Of a stretch of 64,000 nt of DNA, positions 14,901 to 27,197 are shown piece after piece; position 1 is the stretch's first letter; the number at the start of each line of letters is the position of its first letter. This stretch comes from Monocercomonoides exilis PA203 (taxonomy: Eukaryota; Protista; Preaxostyla), in contig LSRY02000033.1 of the NCBI GenBank assembly GCA_001643675.2, positions 62,001-126,000 on the forward strand. Direction: 5' to 3'. Made by a program: the position numbers and the translations under genes. Below the pieces are notes generated by a model. The model ran no database searches. It was not told where the DNA came from and saw only the letters and a list, made by a program, of their open reading frames with translations.

Positions 14901-17900
14901 CATTGCCTTCATCTCTTTCCTCTTCATCTTCGCTCCTTCCTCTTTTCTTTTCTTTGCCTGTTTGCTTGTCTCTTGTAACATATCTTTTTCTGCTTTCTTC
15001 TTCTTTCTTTCTTCTCAATCCCATTTTCAGCTGGCGTTGTTCTTTCTTCTGCTTCATCAAATTTTTCAAAATTTCTTTTTCAATCATTTCATTCTTTTGT
15101 GCTTTTATCGATTTCTTCTTCTCCATCTTTCTTTTCTTCTCTCCCATTGCTTCAATGCTGATATCTGATATTCTGTTGTTGCTTTCATTAAAACTGCTCA
15201 TGATTCCCTTTCTGCGCCTTTCTTCACCTTCTTCTTCTCCTTCTTCTCTTTGTTCATTTTCGTCATTGTCTTCTTCATTGTCATCGTCTTCATCATCTTC
15301 CTCGTCACCCTCTTCCAAATCTATTTCCATTTTTCTGTTGTATTTGCCTCTTCCACCTCTTCTGCCATTTCTCTTCCTTCCTCCCCTTCCAATCCTCATC
15401 CATCTCCCAAATGTTCCTCCTCCTTTTTTCTCCACAGCATTTTCTTCTTCCCTCTCACTTTCTCTTTTGTCATCTGCCATCTCTTCTTTCTCTTCCTCCA
15501 ATTTCTTTTCCCCTTCCTTTCTTGTTTCAATCTTTCCATTCTTCTCATTCTCTTCTTCAGCCACTTTCTTCCATGTTGACAGAATTATCACTGCCAATGA
15601 AACAAATGCCTCTTTGCTGCAGCGTTGCAACATGTTGAATGAGAACAGCGATCTCATCAGCTTTGACACTCGATCAAGGCGGATGATGTCTTGTTCCGTC
15701 AGAGCAGTGATTGAAGGAGAGAATGGAGAAAGAGAAGAAAGAGAAGAGGGAGAAAGGGAAGAGGAGAAAGAAGATGAAGGATACAGAGAAAATGATGATG
15801 ATGAAGTTAATAGAGAAGAAGAAGAAGAAGAAGCATCAATATTATGAATAGCCTCATTTGTCTGTGCTGAAGAAAGAGGAGGCGAATGGAATGGCACATC
15901 TGATGGCTGGTTGAACGAAGTATCAGAAAAGTCAGAGACAATTGTGAATGGAAAAGAAGATGATGGTCTGGAGTCTGAAAACGAATCAAGAGAAGAAGAA
16001 GAAGAAGCTGATGAGGAGGAAGATGATAACGAATAGGATGTTGATGGTTCTTGTAATAATGAAGAGGAAGATGAAGAAGCAGAAGATGAAGATGGATAAA
16101 TAAATAAAGAAGAAGAAGATGATGGTGACATTCCATATACATTCGTTCCATCTTCTTCCATTTCTCTTCTCTTTCCTTCCTCCTTCACCTCATGAAATCC
16201 CAATCCAACATTATCCTTCAACCCTCTTTCCATTTCCATATTCATTTCCTTTTTCTCCTCTTTCTCCTTCTCCTTCTCCTTCTCCTTCCCTCTCTTCTCT
16301 GCTTCTGTTGAATAAGCCATCATATCCTCGTGGCAGAAGAATTGCACCAGTCTCATTGTCAATTTACCTCCAAAAGCCAATCTGTTCAACCTCTGCTCTT
16401 CCAAATCAGACACAAAAGATGTCTTCTTTCTGTTCAAAATGAGAGACACACGCTGTTTGTCGAAGGATGTCTGAGGAGACGGAGAAGATGGGAATGAGAT
16501 GAGCTCATCTGCAATTGGGCCTATTTCTGGAAGGGAAGAGGAGGCAGGAGAAGATAAGTTCAAAGAAGGAGAAGATGAAGGAGAAGGAGAAGGAGAAGGA
16601 GAAATAAATGAATAAGAAGAAGAGGAGGAGGAGGAAAAAGATGAAGAAGATGATGAAGATGATGAAGAAGAACTAATCGTTCCTTGCATTGGTGTAACTG
16701 AAGAACTGGAAGATAAGAAAGGCGATTCAGAAGAAGAAGGCGGAAGAGAAGGAGAAGTCTGTGCTGAAGCAGAAAGTGGCTGAGAAAGAGAGAAAGGCGA
16801 AGAAGAGCTTGAAGGCATCATTGGTGTTGCATTCACAGAAGAATTGGATGAAGAGAATCCAGTTGTTGGAGGAGAAGGAGAAGGAGATGGAGAGGAAGAG
16901 GAAGATGGAGAAGGAGATGGTTCGATTAGATTGGAGGAAGAGTCAGAAGGGATACTCCAATCAGAAGGAGATGAAGAAGGTGAAGGTGAAGGAGAAGGAG
17001 AAGGAGAAGTATTTTTAGTATGAAGGGGCAATGAAAATGAAGAGGAAGAAGAAGAAGAAGATGATGATGATGATGATTCAAAATTATTTGTTGATTGGAT
17101 GGGTGCTGCTAAATCCAATGAAGATATTTCATCTTTCACAAGTGAAGAAGAAAGTTGTTGTTTGTCAAATTCAGAAAAATCAGATGAAAAAGAAGAGGAA
17201 GAGGAAGAGGAGGAGGAGAAAAGAGAAGAAGATGATGATGATGAATCAGAAGAATTGAGTGTTGGTGTGAAGGCATCAAGGGTCGATTGAAAATCAGAAA
17301 CAATAAACAAACCCGTCTTCTTTTCTTCAACTTCCTTTTTGTGTTCTGTTTGTCGTTTGCTTTCTTCTTCTTCTTCCTCTTTCTCTTCTTCAACTGCTTT
17401 GTCTTCTTCCTCTTTCTCGTCTATCTTTCCTAAGCTCATTCTCTCTTTCACTTCTTCTTTCTGAGCACTTATTTTTTCTTTCTTCTTATTTGTGGAATCT
17501 TTCATTGAATTCATCCCAACCTTCATTCTCTTCCTTTTGGCAGCTGATGCAAATGAAGTTGCTGAAGAAGAAGAAGAAGAAGAAGAAGACGATTTTCTAA
17601 GTGATGCTTCTTTTGCCTTTGCGCTGGATGACATCAGCATCGACGCAAGTGAATGAGGAGGAAATCTTTCAGCAATAGAAGACTCTGTTTTGTCTTTTCC
17701 TCTTTCTTTCTCTTTCTCTTTCTCCTTTTCTTTCTCATTTTCTTCCTCCAACTCTTCAAACATGTCTTCATCATCATCATCATCATCAACTTCTATCTCT
17801 TCAATCTCTTTTATCTCTTTTATTTCTTTTATTTCAACCAGCTTCGTCATCTGCTTAGGTCTCAGTGTCTTAAACTCTCCTAATGCCTCATTCAGCACAA

Positions 17901-18264
17901 AAAGAGGATGAATGCTGAAGATGGACTTGTCTTCTTCTGCAAATCGGATCTGTTTCTGTTTGATGTGTTCATCTTGTTTGGTTGATGATGAAGGAGAAGA
18001 AGAGGAGGAGGAGGAGGAGGAGGAGGAAATGGAAGAGAAGGAGGAAGATGAGGAAGACGAAGATGAAAAAGAATTTGTTGATTGTGCATTTGGTGTTCCA
18101 ATTGATCCCTGTGTTTTTCTTATTCCATCTTGTTTGATAGAAGAATGATCAACTTCATAATTAGACCTTTTCTGGTTGTCCTTCACGAGATGCGGAGGAA
18201 TCACTTCCAAATCAACAATTTCTCTTTCTTTCTCCTTCTCTTTCTCTTTCTCCTTTTCTCTTTC

Positions 18265-18296
<32 letters not shown>

Positions 18297-21200
18297 CTTC
18301 TACTGCATTTTTGCTTTTCTTTCTGTTCTGCTTCTTTTTCCCTTCCTCTTCTTTCTCCTCTTTGATCACTGTATTGTTCATATTCGGTTTTTCCTCATAT
18401 ATTTCCTCAATAAGTTGACTTTCTTCCTTTTTCTCCTTTTCATCTTGTGCATTCGTGTTATTCTTCTTCTGTGCCCTTCCTCCTCTCTGCTTCTCCTTCA
18501 GCAGCATCTGATAGTTGAGTGTGGGGTCTGGATAGATCAGCGTTTCTGTTCGGAATGTCTGTGTGCAAAGAGAACAGCTGCAAACAGCACAATCTGCATT
18601 GGATGGGAAATGGATGTTGTTTGCAATGATATTTTGAGTGTGATTGTGAGTGTGATTGCATTGATGATGAAGAGAGAGAGAATAATCATTGGAATCAATC
18701 TTATCATTGACAGAATTTCTGTTTTCAATTGTTGCCTTTGAAGTATCATTTACTTGATTTTCTTCATCATTCTCTTTCTTATTTGTGTCTTTTGTGTCTT
18801 CTGCATAATCTGCTACTTTATCCCATTCAAAGCCATCATCATCAAATCCAATAAGCGAAATTCTGATAGAACGAGCAAAAAAAGCACGAGAATTGAATAA
18901 AAGAGGAAGAATATATGGATTGGTGAGGAGAGAGGTAGGAGAAGTGAGCTCAGAATGAATAAAAGAAGAAGAAGAAGAAGAAGGAAATGAAGAAATTCTT
19001 GAATTGGATCTGGAATTGAAGCTGGGGTGTGGATGAGAAGGAGCAAAAGATGATTTTGTGAGGAAGTTTGGAAGAGGATTCGGAAGAAATCGAACTTTTC
19101 GTCTGACTCTTGGAATTCTTTGAAAGTCTTGAAGAGCTTTTAGTTTATCTTCATTGGTCATTTTACGTGAAGAAGAAGATAAAGATGGTGTTTGTGATGG
19201 AGATGAAAGTTGTGAAGAAGAAAGAGAAGGAGAGGAAGAGGAGGATAAAGAGGAGGAAGAGGAAGAAGAGGAAGAAGATGATGATAATGATGAAGGATGA
19301 GTGAATGCTGAATGAAGAGATGATGAAAGTGAATGTGAAGGCAAATCTTTTATCATTCGATCGCTGAAATTGTAAAGAGGAACAGGAGAAGATGGCTGAG
19401 AAGGTGGCAATGCAGAAGAAGCAGAAGAAGAAGTAGAAGAAGAAGAAGAAGAGGAAGAAGAAGAGGAAGAAGAGGTTGATGATGTTGATAATGATGATGA
19501 ATTTTGAGAAGAAGAAGAGGAAGAGGAAGTTGGAGTGGGAGTGGAAGGAGAAGATGGAAAAGAAGGAGCAGAAGGGAATCTGAATAATGGATTAAGTGAT
19601 GAATTTTGCTGAGGATAAGAGAATTGAGGTGAAGATGCATATTTGATAGAAAGATAAGGAGGAAAAGAAGAAGAGGAAGAGGATGATGATGATGATGAAG
19701 GCGAAGATGAAAGTGAAGAAGGTGATTGAACAGAAGGAAAGAAAGGATATGAAGAATTGAACAGAAAAGAAGGGGAAAAGGGAGAAGAAGAGGATGAAGT
19801 TAAGGAAGGGGAAGAAAGAGAAGGAGAATTCAAAGAAGGAGAAGAGATTTCAGAGGGGGGGGCAGGAAGAGGAAGAGGAAGAGAAGAAGATCTGCGCCAG
19901 AAAAGAGAATTGGTGTTTGGATTGAAAGAAGATGAAGAAGAGGAGGAAGAGGAGGAAGATGAATAAGAAAGAGAAGGAGAGAAAATATTTGATGTTTCTT
20001 GATTTGAAGAGGATATTGAAGGTGAATTAGAATTATAAGCTGAATCAGTTGTGCTAATTGTGTTTGATCGAAATAGCATTTTCTTTTCGTTTGTGAGTTT
20101 GTTTTTATCTTCTTCCTCCTCCTCCTCTTCTTCTTCTTCTTCACTTTTATCTTCTCTCTCATCTTCATTGTCTTCTTCATCATCATTCAATATTTCAATG
20201 CCCTTTCTTTTTGTTCTTTTCATCGTCTTCACATTCAGATTACTATCTGCATCAGAAAGAACTCTTGAAATATCATCATCATTCGAATTAGCAATCATAT
20301 TTGTGTTTGTGATTGTGTTTGCGTAATCACTGACATCACTCTCTGAATCAATGCCATCTGTTGAATGCTGTTGACTTATCAGATTGCTCTTCGGATATTC
20401 AATTGGTTTGATCTGTCTCGTTGTGGAAGTTGCAAGTGGAGATGAAACTGCAATTTCTGCTGCTTTTCTTGTGCTTCCCATTCGCACTGGCTTCTTCACA
20501 GGAAGAGGAATCGAATAAGTAGAAGAAGAAGAGATGGAAGAAGAAGAAAGAGAAGACGAAGATGGAAACTTTGGAAATGATGCTATTTCTTTGTTGTTGT
20601 AGTGGGGGAAAGGAAAATGCCTTGTGATATAATCAGCCAATTCCTCTTCCATTTCTGTTGCGTTTCTTTCTGTTTCGCTTTCGGAATTTCTGTTATCAGT
20701 ATTCAAATATGCTCCTTTTCTCCGTTTAGTTGCTCTTCCATTGTTTCCTTCGTCATTTGTGGATGTGGAATCTTCTCTTTGTTTTCTGTGTCTTCCTCGT
20801 TTGTGTGAAACTTTTCCTTTCTTCGAATTGCTTGCTTTATTTCTTTTTGTACGCAATGAAGATGATGAAGAAAGCAAAGATGAAGAAGAAGATAATGATG
20901 ACGATGATGAAGAAGAAGAAGGTGTTGGTGGAGCAGAAGAGATGTATATCTGCTCATACATTTCATTTCCTCTTCCTTCTCCATCAAATACTTGCTCCTT
21001 CTTCTCTTCTTCATCCATCTTTTGATCATCTCTTTCCATCTCTTCCTCTTCCTTGCTCTTTACTTCATTTCCAAGATCCTCTTCTACTTCCCCTTCTGCT
21101 TCTTCCTCTTCCTCTGCTTCTCCTTCCTCTTCGATTTCCTCATTCTCTCCTTCTTCCTTGTGTTCCATTTCTTTCTCTTCATTCATCCGTCTCAAATTGC

Positions 21201-21808
21201 TAGCAGCGTCTGTGCTGAACACAATGCCATGTGCAATGTCTGCTGAATGGCGGAAGAAGAACGTCAAAAGAGGCATCGAAACACTCGGAACACTCAATTT
21301 GTGATTGGGATGGGCAGATGAAGATGATAATGATGAAGATGATAACAATAATTGAAGATCGAGTTTCATCTCTTCCTCTTTCATCTTCATATTCTTTTCC
21401 TTTTCTCTTTCATCAACATCTCCATTTGCATCCAACTTATCCACATACACACACTTCTGCTGCTGGCACTCCCACATTCCTGTTCTTCTCTTCTCATCAT
21501 CATCACTTCCACAGCATGCAACAGCCATTGCATTCATCTGCTGCATCATTGGCTGAATGCACCCGTGAAGGAAGTGACGAGAGCTGAGTGAGAATGTCTG
21601 CACATCTGAATGGGCAGACAAGAGAGGCAGGACAACATCAGTGGAGATGAGAAGAGAGGCAAAGGAAGGAGGATCGAGAGAGGAGAGAAGGCGAGTCACA
21701 GCAGAGGAGAAGTGTGCTGGCAAAGAAGCACCTGTGCGTGAATGGCTGCGATTGGGGGGTGGGAATGAAGGGGAGGCTGATGGTGTGGATGAGGTAACTG
21801 ATGATGAA

Positions 21809-21843
<35 letters not shown>

Positions 21844-24800
21844 AGAAGATATTTTTGAAGGAGAAGAATTGAGCTGGTTGAGTGAAAGTGTTCGGAATGG
21901 GATGATTGCGGGAGAGTATGAAAGAGCTGATGCTTTTGTGGGATCAGGATTTCTGTATATCTTGTCAAATCCTTTGTTCTTGTTCGGAGAATAACGCCAC
22001 GGAGAATTAAACGCAAAAAGTGGAGAGAAAAAATGTGCTGGAGATGATTTCATCTTTTTGTTCGATGTTAATTTGTTTATTCGTTGAGATGGCAAGTTTG
22101 GAGCAGAAGAGAAGTCATCAATGAAAAGAGGGACACTCGATGACCTCAGAGCATATGTCATCTCCTGCTGCAGAAGTGGCTTTGGATTGGATTTTTTGTT
22201 GAATTTGTTCTTTTGAAGGGTTTGAGTGTTGTTGAATGAAGATGTTGAACTTTCTGGTTGTTGAGATTCTGTTGAAGAAGATGTGATGAAGAAGGAAGAA
22301 GAAGAAGAAGATGATGATGATGATGATGATGATGGATTTGAAGATTGAACAGAAGAGGTGTCTGAAATCAAATGAAGAGTGGGATTGATTTCTTCGACAT
22401 TTGTGGGTGTTGATGTTGATGGTGATTGTGATGGTGATGGTGATGTTGATGAGTGTGTGGTTGATTGGTCAAAAGAAAGAATGCTAGCTGAATTACAATC
22501 AGAGTGTTGGTGATGCGTCTTGTGGTGCGAAAAAAGAGAAGTCGAAGAAATGTCTGATGAAAATGAAGATGATGAAAAAAGAGATGAAGATGTTGGCGTG
22601 TGATGCATGCTCAATGATGGAATCGGAGATGAAGATAAGGATGAAGAGGCAACTGTCGAAGCATCAACATTTTCTGTGGAATTTCTTTGGAATTTCGGAG
22701 AAATTGAAGATTTCTCCGGAATTGTACTTGTGCTAACCTCTTCATCTTTTTCCATCTGAGAAGAAATTTCTTGAATTGTGTTAGCTTCAAATGAAGTTCC
22801 TCCATTTTCTGAAATAGATTGAGTTTCTAATTGAGAATTTGCTGTCTTTTCTTCTTCCATTGAGGATGAGTCTGCTGATGTTGCTGTTGATGTTGATGAA
22901 GCCAAATCAACAGAAGTGCCAGTTGAAGGCTCTATCTCCATTGAATCCATTTCATTCTCTAATGTTTGCAAACTTTCGCCTTCTGATTGTTTTGAATGAG
23001 GAGCATCTGAATTAGGCTCATCAGATGTCTTTGATGATTCATCTGTGATTGATGAATGTTTATCATTCAATGACATAGTTGTATTGTCAGATCCATTCGT
23101 GTTTTGAGAAGAATCATGTGGTTCTTTTTCATTCTTCTCAACTTCGGCTGAAGAAGAAGATGTCAATGAAATTGAAGGGAATAATGTTGATGTAACGTCT
23201 TCATCAGTCACTGGATGATTCAATTGCTGTTGTTCTTGTTTCAATACTGTCTGTACTTGTGTTTGTGTTTGTGTTGTGTGAGAGTGTGTTGTTCGTGGCG
23301 GAGGCAGCGAAAACAAAGAAATCGTCTTAGTCTCCTCTGATGTCACTTTCAATTCATTTCCTTTTCCTGCCTCTCTTTCTCTCTCAGCATCTTTCTCTTT
23401 CTCCCCTCCTTTCTCTTTTCCTTTCTCCTTTCCTTGTTCCTTCTCATCTTCCTTCTCACTTGCAGGCAGAATCAGCCCACCCAGCTGTTCCACACAGAAA
23501 GGACACACCCAAAGCTCTCTCGCAATCTCTTCTCTCATCTTCTGCCGCTCCACAAAGCTGTATGAATCATTCGCTGACCCTAACACAGATGGCTGGGCGA
23601 CAAAACCTGAATATGTTGAAGATGATAAAGATGATGATGATGATGATGAAAATAAACTGGATTGGTGAGATTTCATCATCGTTGATGATGAGTTTTCCTT
23701 CCCTTTGCCTTTTTTACCACTTTTGCGAAGATTGTACACAACTCCTTTGCCTTTCCCTCTTCCTTTGCTATTCCCATTCTTCTGCTCCTCTTTCTCTTTC
23801 TCTTTCTTCTCTTCCTCTTCATCCTCACCTCCTCCTCTACCTTCTTCTTCCTCCTCTTCTTTCTTTCCTTCTCCATTCTTCTCCATTCCTTCTCCAGCTG
23901 TCTTCTTCTTCCCTTTCTCATCTGGTGCTTCATCTAACAGCATCTCCAATGGTACAAAAAAAGGCAGAGTGGACACACAACATGGATGATACCAGCGTCC
24001 ACAATGAGAACAGTTCAGAAAGCGCTCAGAAGAGACAGCAGAAGCAATGGCTGAGGAAGAAGAAGTAGAAGAAGAAAAGGCAAGTGCAGAGGAAGAAGGG
24101 AGGAAGGAAGGCCGATCAGCAGATGAAGAAGAGAAAGGAACGAGGAAATCACCATTTGGAAGAAGGGATGAGTTTTGGAAAGAAGAGGAAGGAGAAGAAG
24201 AGGAAGACGAGAAAGGAAGGGGAGAAAAAGAAGGATGATTTGAAGAACAAGAAGATGATGAAGAAGATGATGACGAGCAAACGGCAGCAGCAACAGAATC
24301 CCTGTGAAGAAATGAAAAAGGGCTGACTTGTTCGCTTGGAGCAAACAGAGAAGAAGAATCATAAGGTCTTTTGACGCGATGGCAGAGTGAGCAAATGTGG
24401 AGCATCTCAAACTGCTTGCGGCAGTTCAGAGAGCAGAAAAAGAGTTCCTTTGGATCAGACAGATGGGAAGAGGATGAAGTGGATGAGGATGAAGAAGACG
24501 TAGAAGGAGGAGAAGAAGGAGAAGAAGATAAAGAAGAATTTGAAGCATCGTCGTTTGCAATCATAAACCGTTCAGTCATTTTTTGTACATTTTCTTCTGT
24601 CTTCTTCATCAGCTGCTTGCATTTCTCGCATCCGCAGAAGCCAAACAGCCTTCTTCTCTTCCTCAGAATGAGCTCTCTGTCCTTCTCAGCTGCTGCTCTC
24701 TTCACTTTTTCGATGTTCTTTCTCATCAGATCCTGTCTGGCTGCACACTCAATACAATACACTGAATTACATTGAGCACACACACGCGACCCAACCAGCG

Positions 24801-26777
24801 TGAGGTTTGGAGGGAAAGAGGCATCTGGGGCGAGGTCAGCAAGCAACTGTGAATGGAGTGGGAGAGGTGGAGTGGTTGGCTGGGCGATGATGGAGGAAGG
24901 CGTGGAGAGGCTCTGCATCTTCTCGTGCTCGTCTTTAAAGTACTCGATGAGATCGCTCTTGACTGACGAGTTTTTGAAGAGGAACTTCTCCAGTTTGTGG
25001 AGGAGGGTGTCTTTTGTGGCTGTGGGTGCAAAAAGAGGGGTAGACGAAGATGAGGAAGAGTCGGAAGAAGGGGAAGAGGAAGAAGGGGAAGAGGAAGAAG
25101 GGGAAGATGATGATGTAGGTTTTAAAGAAGATGATGATGAAGTTGAAGTTGAGGAAGAGGAAGAAGATGGAAATGAGTTCTGAGAAGATGTATTGGCAGC
25201 AGTTGTGATAGATGCAACACCAGCTAAAGATGAAGAAGATGATGTTTTTGCAGCTGGCGAATACAAACGACTTTTCGGTCTGCGCATTGCAAATTGACTG
25301 CTCTTTAAGCTTCTGGTACTTTTGTGCTGATCTCTTAAAAGTGATAAAACCTCTCTTTTCTCAATGTGAATTTCTCGTTTCTTTTCTTTTCCTTTCTTCT
25401 CTTCTTTTTCCTCTTTTTCCTCTTTTTCTTCATTTCCATTGGAAATCTTTTCTTTCGTATCTTCAAAGATTCCAACGCTCTCTCTGTTAATCTTTTCATC
25501 TTCAACAACTTTGGCAATTGTTTGTGCCTTGTTTGTTTCTCCAATATATCCATATCCACAATTCAATGGAAATTCCTCTTTCTGTTCTTCCACTGCATTT
25601 CCTTGTATCAATTGTATTTCCATCAATCCTTCCTTTTTCTCTTCTTCTTTATTTTCCCCGCTTTCTTCTTTTTTTGCATTTATCTGTTCAACTTCTCTCT
25701 TTCCTTTCTTCTTCTCGCATTCATCAACAAACCCCATCAGCTGCTTTGCCAGCGATTCAATGCTGCCAAACGGCTGTCTGCTTTCTGATGCCACAATGCG
25801 CATCGCCCGCTCTGTCGTCAATGAACAATCAGCCCCGCTGCAGTGGCATCCGCAGGTGGAGCATGTGAATCCCCCAATCCCATACTCGTTCCGTGCAAAA
25901 AACCGTTTCAGCGGTTCTGTATGCTTCGCATACATATACGCATTAATATCCGCAAGTGATTTCAAGCCAGCAAACCAAGGAGAAATGGATTGTGTGGAAG
26001 GATATAGCAAGAAGAAAAGCTCTAAGAATAAATCCTGCTCTCCTGAGGTCCATTTTTTACTACTATGTAGCGATAGCTCTGGAGCAACTGATATCATTTT
26101 TTTCTTGTGTTTGTTTTCCAGTGGCCTTTGTACTTCTAAAGATATTTTCCGCTTTGCTGTTGGAAATGATCGCGGGCTCACTTGAATAATTCTTTTTCTT
26201 TTCAAAATAAGTTGAGGTAAAAATGGCGCTAATGTAGATCTTCTTGGATGAAATTTAAGTAATCCCTCTGAATATTGCTTTCGAAATACTTCGCTTTCAT
26301 CATCATTTGGTCTTGATCCATTCTTAATTATTGAAAATGGAGGAATTGGAATTGTTTGATTCTGGGCATTTAAAAAAGTAACATGCTCTCCATTCTGTGA
26401 TGGCGTTGATGATATCTGCAGTCTCTCACGAAATACAATTTCTTTTGTTCGAATCTGATTTCGAAGTTCAGAATTATAAAAAAATTCTTGATTTATCAGT
26501 TTCTAATGATAAACAAATAAAAGATTTTACGGATTCAGTTAAATAAAAAATAAGTAATAGATTAAGCGAATAAATTAAAGTCAATAAAGATGAAAACCTG
26601 ATCTTCTTCTTGGTTTGAATGATAGTTCAGTGTTCGTTCAATTGCTTTGTTTTGCTTTCTTTGTTTTAAAAAACGTTCCCAATCACCATCTTCGTTCGGA
26701 ATGTATTTTGTTTCTCCTGAACTTGCGTTCATAAGAGAAATAAACAAATCCCTTTTAATAGATGTGATCTTACCCAT
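1..26777 (-). CDS. Giant (>=8,894 aa, 3'-truncated by the window edge) low-complexity putative chromatin protein with an N-terminal SANT/Myb-like motif and split PHD/Cys zinc fingers; exon 1 26777-26598, intron 26597-26503, exon 2 26502-<1
   Basis: ATG at 26777; donor CAG|GTTTTC after ...NQEEDQ; phase-0 acceptor ATCATTAG|AAA. The minus frame complementary to + triplets starting at positions 1 mod 3 had no stop in the many lines I translated from 26502 to 1. The ORF track lists no minus ORF in that frame, as expected for a frame that never closes. Motifs: KKWTSGEQDLFLELFFLLYPSTQSISPWFAGLKSLADINAYMYAK; FTCSTCGCHC; VCAQCNSVYCIEC; FCGCEKC; FFCSLNCRKQFEMLHICSLC; NCSHCGRWYHPCC; WVCPFC. Confidence 0.9.
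1654..1758 (-). repeat. Coding trinucleotide tract: 35 consecutive Glu/Asp codons in the giant CDS
   Basis: Run of TTC/CTC/ATC triplets on + in the frame of the giant minus ORF. Confidence 0.9.
10759..10872 (-). repeat. Coding microsatellite (GAA/GAG/GAGGAT)n: 38 consecutive Ser codons in the giant CDS
   Basis: AGA/GGA/TGA triplets on + read TCT/TCC/TCA on -. One of many such tracts in this gene. Confidence 0.9.
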
Positions 26778-27176
26778 GGTCAGAATTTCATGAATATTTT
26801 TTCGAAAAGTTATAAACTGATATGTTTAGATATTTAAATGAAATGAAATGATGACAATTGAGCAAACGTTTAAAAGATGTTTAAGATTATTTTATTTTTA
26901 AAATGATTTGAATTTCGCGTCATTTTCAAAATTGTTGTTTATTTGCCGTGTCATTTTTTCTACAATTGTTTTGTTATAACTTCCGAAGAATTTGTTACTC
27001 GCATAGCAAGATTATGAAAAAACGTTGGACTATTTTATTGCTTATTGTGTCGCTCTTTGCAATTCCAGGTTAAAAACACATTTTTTTTTCAAAAATTGAA
27101 TGTTTATTTAATCTTATTTCTTTTTGTTTTAACAATCAACTGCAAACGTGAAATAGGCATGCATGCGGAATGTCCA

Positions 27177-27197
27177 GGCGGGAAATGTGGCGCGAAA
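27177..27197 (-). promoter_or_regulatory. Tandem E2F/DP-like motifs (TTTCGCGCC and TTTCCCGCC on the minus strand) ~400 bp upstream of the giant gene ATG
   Basis: GGCGGGAAA (27177-27185) and GGCGCGAAA (27189-27197) lie in a short GC-richer island within very AT-rich DNA. Both match the TTTSSCGC consensus. Confidence 0.35.

Noticed and set aside
50-26189. Dozens of plus-strand and off-frame ORFs (poly-Ser/Phe, poly-Glu, poly-Leu), including 14504..15847 (447 aa)
   Set aside because: Shadow ORFs produced by the triplet-repeat composition of the giant minus-strand CDS.
26562-26777. 71-aa minus ORF as a stand-alone small gene
   Set aside because: Better explained as exon 1 of the giant gene reading into the intron (phase-matched GT-AG splice).
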